Source: a virus (Duplodnaviria > Caudoviricetes). From it: DNA of 64,000 nucleotides. Under the pieces are notes generated by a model. That model saw only the letters and a program-made list of their open reading frames with translations, was not told the DNA's origin and searched no databases. The DNA lies in IMG/VR virus record IMGVR_UViG_3300005326_000040, positions 96,001-160,000 of that record. One strand, written 5' to 3'. The translations under genes were made by a program, and so were the position numbers. Position 1 is the first letter of the stretch. Every line of letters starts with the position of its first letter. Shown here one piece after another: positions 63,134-64,000 of this stretch.

Positions 63134-63158
63134 TTAAATTCTTTCCAAGAGAAAAGCC

Positions 63159-64000
63159 ATGAACAAGCTTTTGAAGGACCGCGTTTACCTTATTCGTGCG
63201 ATGGAAAATGCTATTAAGGTTTTGAAGGCGGGCAACTATATTGACGCGAGGCTGCTCAATGTTTTGGGTAGCATTGTTTCTTCGATTCGCGCAAATGCTA
63301 ACGGACATTTTCTTTCTCTTTCGCAGGAAGTTAGCATGGGCGTTTCGTACGCCAAGTCTCCTGAGACGAAGTATGATTCTCAGAGAAGAATTAGAACAAC
63401 TCTGGGCAAGTATATTCAGCGGCATTTTATCAAGGTTCATTTTGCGGAGCACAATATTCCTGATAGAATGTTGACTGAATTTGTAAGTAAGGTAACCGCA
63501 ATTCTGGCTTCTTCAACATTGAAGCCAGTTATTGTGACCGGACAAGAGATTGTAGAACAGTACCGAAGCGCCTTTGGTCGTAAATCTCAGTCGTGTATGA
63601 CCGGAGAAGCTTCCAAGTATACTGAGTTTTACGCTAAGAACCCTGATAAGGTTGCTTTGGTATTGTGGAATGGATTGCGTGCCCTTCTTTGGACGTGTGA
63701 TGACGGCACAAAGGTATTGGATAGAATTTATCCGGTAGGGCATGGATTGACAGAAACCCTTCGGTCTTGGGCTACAAGTAAGGGTTATGTAGTGCGCGGC
63801 GTTCCGCCATACATTGACTCTTATGAATTGAGCGACCGTAGCAAGCGCTGTGTTACGATGAAGCGCACTATGTATATTCCTTATTTGGATACCTTTAGGA
63901 CTGGGACGTATAAGGATGATTCAAATAAGCGGTATATGGTCATTACAAACAATGATAATGCAGTTCCGCAAGGTAGGAGATTGTATCTTCATTGCACTGA
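63159..64000 (+). CDS. paralogue of 61691-63133, truncated by window end
   Basis: MNKLLKDRV...SCMTG...YAKNPDKVALVLWNGLRALLWTCDDGTKVLDRIY; open to 64000. Confidence 0.85.
   Translation, partial: MNKLLKDRVYLIRAMENAIKVLKAGNYIDARLLNVLGSIVSSIRANANGHFLSLSQEVSMGVSYAKSPETKYDSQRRIRTTLGKYIQRHFIKVHFAEHNIPDRMLTEFVSKVTAILASSTLKPVIVTGQEIVEQYRSAFGRKSQSCMTGEASKYTEFYAKNPDKVALVLWNGLRALLWTCDDGTKVLDRIYPVGHGLTETLRSWATSKGYVVRGVPPYIDSYELSDRSKRCVTMKRTMYIPYLDTFRTGTYKDDSNKRYMVITNNDNAVPQGRRLYLHCT

Noticed and set aside
1-64000. Stop-codon reassignment (TAG or TGA read-through, as in some jumbo phages)
   Set aside because: Many genes end in TAG or TGA immediately followed by an RBS and a new start, and recognisable enzymes are full length in code 11

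Overview
A 64-kb, gene-dense, almost entirely + strand segment that looks like the accessory (early/middle) region of a large or jumbo tailed phage. It has about 140 mostly short, tightly packed ORFs in standard genetic code and sigma70-like promoters. No structural, replication, integrase or CRISPR genes are visible. Recognisable enzymes form a counter-defence and RNA/nucleotide-repair toolkit: Pth2, Thg1, a DRB0094-type RNA ligase, an AAA_33 kinase, two metallophosphoesterases, NADAR, a macrodomain, a Zn deaminase, three GNATs, an orphan DNA methyltransferase, a DOT1-like methyltransferase, an HNH nuclease, an M28-like peptidase and a HigA N-terminal-only protein. Several paralogue expansions are present (a CPGPWMT-tailed array of 6, a YPxL family of 6, a DUF3846-like family of 7). 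The most unusual signals lie outside the ORF track. First, three tRNA-shaped RNAs keep acceptor, D and T arms but have collapsed 3-4 nt anticodon loops, and two of them end in A-CUA instead of CCA. Second, a tandemly repeated micro-ORF M(L)PYPNWF(H/L)-amber, conserved through synonymous changes, precedes each of two small basic proteins and lies between two of the tRNA mimics. Family assignments come from motif recognition only; no searches were run.
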